A stretch of 64,000 nucleotides of DNA from Marsupella aquatica (taxonomy: Eukaryota; Plantae; Marchantiophyta), in assembly GCA_973895155.1 (NCBI GenBank), contig OZ316894.1, positions 186,001 through 250,000 of the forward strand. Reading direction: 5' to 3'. Position 1 is the stretch's first letter, and each line of letters starts with the position of its first letter. Below are positions 59,455-64,000 of the stretch, piece by piece. The notes under the pieces are model-generated. The model saw only the letters and a program-made list of their open reading frames with translations, was not told the origin of the DNA and did no database searches. The position numbers and the translations under genes were made by a program.

Positions 59455-62400
59455 TGTGATGCCTAGCCAGGAATCACTAGGCCGCTTTACATGGTAAAGC
59501 AGGAGTGTACCCTGGAAACACCTTAGTATAGGAACAAAAACAAGGAAAATATAAACAATTAAGGGTGACTATGGAACCCGGGCCGAGGCCGGAAGTAAGG
59601 ACGTCGGGGGAGAGAACACGATTAGGGTTAGGGCGCGCTAAGCGTCGGTGGCTAGGGGTGACCAACGGGAGGGGAGACCAGAGGAGGAGAGGGGTAAGGA
59701 CCCCTCACGAGGAATAGCGGCTCATTTGCAAGAACGAACTGGGCAGACGACTACGGGAGGCCAAATGCTGTCAGCTGCTTAGGCAAGCACTCGGGGTGGG
59801 AACAGATACCAACGATCGACTCAAGGAGGGTATGAGCAACGTCAATCAAGCGGCACATTTTTGGGGATGCCTATTCGAACGGGCAGGTGAGTACGTCAGG
59901 ACTTACAAGGACAAAGAATCGGAGAGAGCAGCTCGAGAACGGCAGGAGCTCGCTCGGCTCTGGGAACTGCAGAAGACGACTTTCTTAGGAGGAGAACTTA
60001 TCAAGGCCGAGTTCTTGTGGACTCCTACTACCAATCAGCTCGACGACCTTTTGTTTTGCAAAAACAGAATCGTCGGCATCCGGGAAGCCATCAATCGCTG
60101 CAACGACCTACACTGGGAGTTGAAGGGTAACACGGAGGGGTGGACAAAGGCAACCTTGCTAGGAGAAACATCCACGGCAGCCGAGATGAAGAGGAAAGGA
60201 AACAACAACGAAGAGGCCACCCCGGCAAAAAGAACGAGGTCGGCGGCACCTAGGAAGCCAGCAGGGCAGCAGAGCAGGACAAGGGGAGAAGTTGATGAGG
60301 AAGAGGTCGATCCCATCAATGCCATTCCAACAAACGATGACACCTGGAAAGGCTGGGCGGCGACCCTACCGGAGGAAGTGCAATTACACTTTGCACGGGA
60401 GGAGGATGCATGCTTTACGGCCATGCAGACCAAGAAGTACCAAGGCTTCATGGCCGGATCCGGCTTGGAAGCCTTCGTAAGATTACCATGGCTGAAGCCG
60501 GAGGTGCCAGACTCAGACTTATTAGAATTCGTGGGATCATGGGAACCCGAGACCAATTCCACGAGGGTGTATGGGAAGGATTTCTATCTCACTCCCCGGG
60601 TGATTGCTGAGGTGTTTGGCTTGCCGATGGGTAATAAGACCAAGGTTGATACCAGGAAGACCTTACCTGACAAGGAATTCCGGTCGTTCCCAGGACCATC
60701 AACGAAGAATGGCTTCTTCCGGAACACCTGCACCAACCCGCACATCGGAGAGATGATCGATTTCTTGCGAGTGACCATGCACTGTAACTTGTCGAGGGCA
60801 GAGATCGGCAAGGCTCAGGTCTACCTGGCAGAAAGGCCAGACCCAAGCCGGGATTACAACGGGTACCTCCTCAACCAACTGAAGAAGATCTTGAAGGAGG
60901 AACAACAGGTGATCGGCGTGGGAAGCGTGTCCCGGCTTGGCTATCACATGCCGCTGTTGTGCCGGTATGCCAGAAGTCAAATCTTTGCCCCAATACTTCC
61001 CCTATCGGCAAGGGCACCAGAGGAGGTCCCGGAGTAGAGGCCGGCACCAGAGAAGCCCAACCAGCCTGACAGTCCGACGATCGAGCAGGTGTTTAGGCCA
61101 AGGAAAGAAGACTTGCCGATGCAGCAACCAGGCATGCAAAATCTGCTGAAATTGCTGGAGAAGGAAAAGAGAACGGTTCCGGCAATGGCAACGGCAACGG
61201 CACCGATACAGGACGCTGCCCCAGAAGTCGGCCTAAGCCGACTCAGAAGGGAAGACCCCTTTACCAGAACCAAGGAGAGATTGAGGCCGGAACACAAGCC
61301 GGGAGTGCGAATGTACGTGGGAGCCTCAAGCCCCGAATCAGAGGCAGAGGAGCCGGGAGTCCAAGTAGTGGAGGAGGCGGTGGAGGACTACAGCAATGAT
61401 AACTCCGGCTATGGGTCGGATCATCATGTTCCAGGAGTAAGGACCTGTGGCCGATTTATCCCCACGCTTCCAAGAGTAGTTCGAGGGGACCCCACCCAGC
61501 AGAGTAACCCCGAGTCTCCCCCACTAGAGGTTGCTCCCCCAAGCTTTGACGGCATAAAGCAGACGGCACAAGAATTTCAGGAGCGACTTAGGGAGGAAGA
61601 GAGAGCAGCCCTGGCTAGGGAGAAGGATTTACCAGGAGGAGATTGGCCGGAGGACATCAGGCGGCTTGCCAAAAAAAGAAGCAACCCTCTTGCCACCGTA
61701 GAAGAAATCCGCAAGGCGGCTTGGGAGCAGAGGCCGCAGTGGTTGATGCCGATGACTTCTAGTTACTCCACCTATGCTAAGGATAGAGCCATGGAGTACG
61801 GGGAGATGTGTGGGGACCTGGCGCTCAGCATCTTTGGGGAGGAGTTGGAGCAGGGACCCTTTTTCCAGAGGGAGATGTTGGAAAAGCACCGATTAGAAGA
61901 AGCGGTGGCTTTGGAGAGAAGCAAGAAGGACGAGGTCATCCGACGGCTTAGGGAGAAGGAAGCCGAGGTGGAAGACCTGTAGGTGGCCAAGAAAGCCCAA
62001 GATGAGTTGCGGATTAAGCGGCATGAGCTAAACATCATGCAGGGGCAGTTGGATACCGCTCAGCCTGACAATCAGATTATCAAAGATAAATTGACTCGGA
62101 CCCAAGGAGAGTTGGCCGACGCAGTCAAAGAAAGAGAGAAATGGAAGCGGGAGCTAAGGGATGCAGAGGAAGTCCACTTAGCAACCAACAATCGGGCCAT
62201 GGCAGAGAACCAGAGAAGGAAGAGGGCGTTGAAAGGAGAGCTCGAAGATATCCGCGGAGCCCTTGAGCAGAAGGAAGCAGAGTTAGGGAAATCCTATCAA
62301 GGGATTATTGCAGCAGGAGCTTGCGTCCCTGACGGCCAGCTTCAAGGCCGACCTGCGTGAAAAGGATGACCAGCTCGACCAGACTTATGCCAAGATGAAT

Positions 62401-64000
62401 AAGATGGAGTCTGTGGTCGTAGCAGAGCTCGACAAGGAGCTAAGAGCAACCCAGGAGGAGAGGGCTACCTTGAAAAAAGAATTGGAGGAAGCCAATAAGG
62501 AGCTGGAGGAGGTGCACAAGGACCTGGACGAGACCCAGGAGGAGTTGGAGGAAATCACAAGGAAGATGGAGAACCTACAGCGGCGGGCCGACAACCAAAC
62601 GGAGCGGCTGAAGACACAAGCCGCAGTATTTAAATGCTTGGCTTCATCAGGTCCAACTCCAATTGGGGGAACCCAGTTACCAAGGGTAGTATTGGCCGAA
62701 GGACAAGCCGTAACACTCACCCCGGTGCCGGAGGTGAGTGGCAAGGGGAAGGAACCGGCTGTCGAAATAGGGAAGAAGAAGAAGCGGAAACCTTCTAGGT
62801 CTGGGAGTTATACGGCTTCTCAAGCCGTTGTGACCGAGAAGATAAACCCGACACCAACTCCGGCATCGGCACGGCGGTGGATCCACCAGTCCTAGGAAGT
62901 GGAGATGGCAAGGCCGAGGCCGGGAGAACCAGTAATGCTGCCGAGGTACCGGATCCTCCACTAGAACATACCGGGGACGCCATAGCCGTATTAGAGGCCG
63001 TAGCCGTAGCAGAGGCCGTGACCGATGCTGAGGCCAAAGCCGAGGGTGGACCCAGTCAGGCCAATGAAGAGTTGACTCGGTCAGGGGCAGGTAATCTGTC
63101 AGAGGATGGACCAACGGCAGTGGCTACGGAGGAAGCGTTGGGGGCGTCCATTGAGGACTAGCCACCAGTGTCGTGACGGTGTAAGGGCACCGTCCCTTTT
63201 AGGGAGGGCGGACGTGGAGGTAGGAGGCGTGAGTGGGTAGGACGGGCGCTGATCTCCAAGTTTAGACTTAGGATCAGGATCAGGAGATGGCCCTGACACT
63301 TAGATTAGTGGGATTTCGGATCCACGGGTGTGGACGACACTTGTGCTCCTGCCTCGCTGTACATAGGTAGATTACAGTTAGGTAGATTATAGTAGGTAGA
63401 TTAGGCTTACGCTGCAAGGAATCAGGCGGATTCACAACCAAGATAAGTACCTGGGCTGCGGGGAGTTCAGGGCCTCTTCTTTAGCAAGTTTCTAGTTGCA
63501 CCAGTAGGGCTAGGATCAAGTAGTAAGAGAAGCTCTCGGTTAGTTATACAGTGACCCTTGTGTATATTCATGTTTCCTCATACTTAAGAACTGAATAGAG
63601 TTGGCCTCATGGCTTAGTTCGCAGAGCTTGTGTATGAGATGTACTGTTTGTATGGCAAGTGCATGGTATAACTCAGTCAGAAGGAGTCATTTTGCTATTT
63701 GTGTGTCGTATTAACTTGTGTGAAGAGTGCCCACATCAACTAATAGAGGAATAGAAGTAAGCAGGGGAGTGAGAGTTGGATGTGTCGAGCTGAGAGAGGT
63801 CTTAGCGGCTTAACCAAGCCAATTGGGGATCATTCCGGCGGCGGAATCCAAACATACCTAATGGAAGACCAGGAGAGGAATACAAGGGAGGGACTAGAAT
63901 AGGCTGGCTAAGTATCTCATGACCCGATGAAGGATCTGTCCAGTATATGTGTGTAAAATGTTAATAGAAGTAGTTGAAGGAGAGTTAGCAGCGTCCCATG
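59455..64000 (+). mobile_element. Family A element, copy A3 (runs off the right edge about 100 bp before its expected end)
   Basis: Starts TGTGATGCCTAGCC; colinear with A2 up to 53535. Preceding 5-mer CTATG (59450-59454) is the candidate TSD. Confidence 0.92.
59832..63161 (+). pseudogene. Family A internal gene, copy A3, disrupted
   Basis: Stops at 61035-61037 and 61980-61982, frameshifts near 62310 and 62870; none shared with A1 or A2. Confidence 0.87.

Noticed and set aside
48832-64000. A2 and A3 as the two LTRs of one element
   Set aside because: A2 has its own TSD, the copies are clearly diverged, and the sequence between them is B LTR and host DNA with no PBS, gag or pol.

Overview
Eukaryotic, almost certainly plant (probably non-seed plant; this is inference) transposon-rich region with at least seven nested insertions and no RNA genes or CRISPR. 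The background layer, all on the minus strand, holds an intact-looking three-exon Sola2-type DDD transposase gene (6710-11691), a degraded RPA70 C-terminal OB-fold-like gene, and a degraded gene encoding a plant-transposon-protein-like domain, coiled coil and RING-H2. Inserted into it are: a young Bianca-type Ty1/copia (12533-19068, identical 135-bp LTRs); a 34.6-kb composite Ty3/gypsy element B (23586-58217, TSD ACCAT) whose ~3.9-kb LTRs each contain an ~860-codon gene; a young Athila-like gypsy element C inside B's gag (29598-43145, TSD GCAAT); and two TG...CA units with 5-bp TSDs inside B's 3' LTR (A2, 4.8 kb with an ~1160-codon gene; D, 2.3 kb). Two more A copies lie at the window edges. 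Main candidate system: protein-coding genes carried inside LTRs and left behind as solo-LTR gene cassettes. The same protein domain appears in the LTR genes of A and B, the internal extra ORF of C and the RING gene, and the double PPT of C suggests how an extra ORF could become part of an LTR. C also has a TGA-CAATTA readthrough-type stop between protease and RT, and a second retropepsin-like domain at the end of its extra ORF. Family and domain names come from motif recognition by eye, not from database searches.
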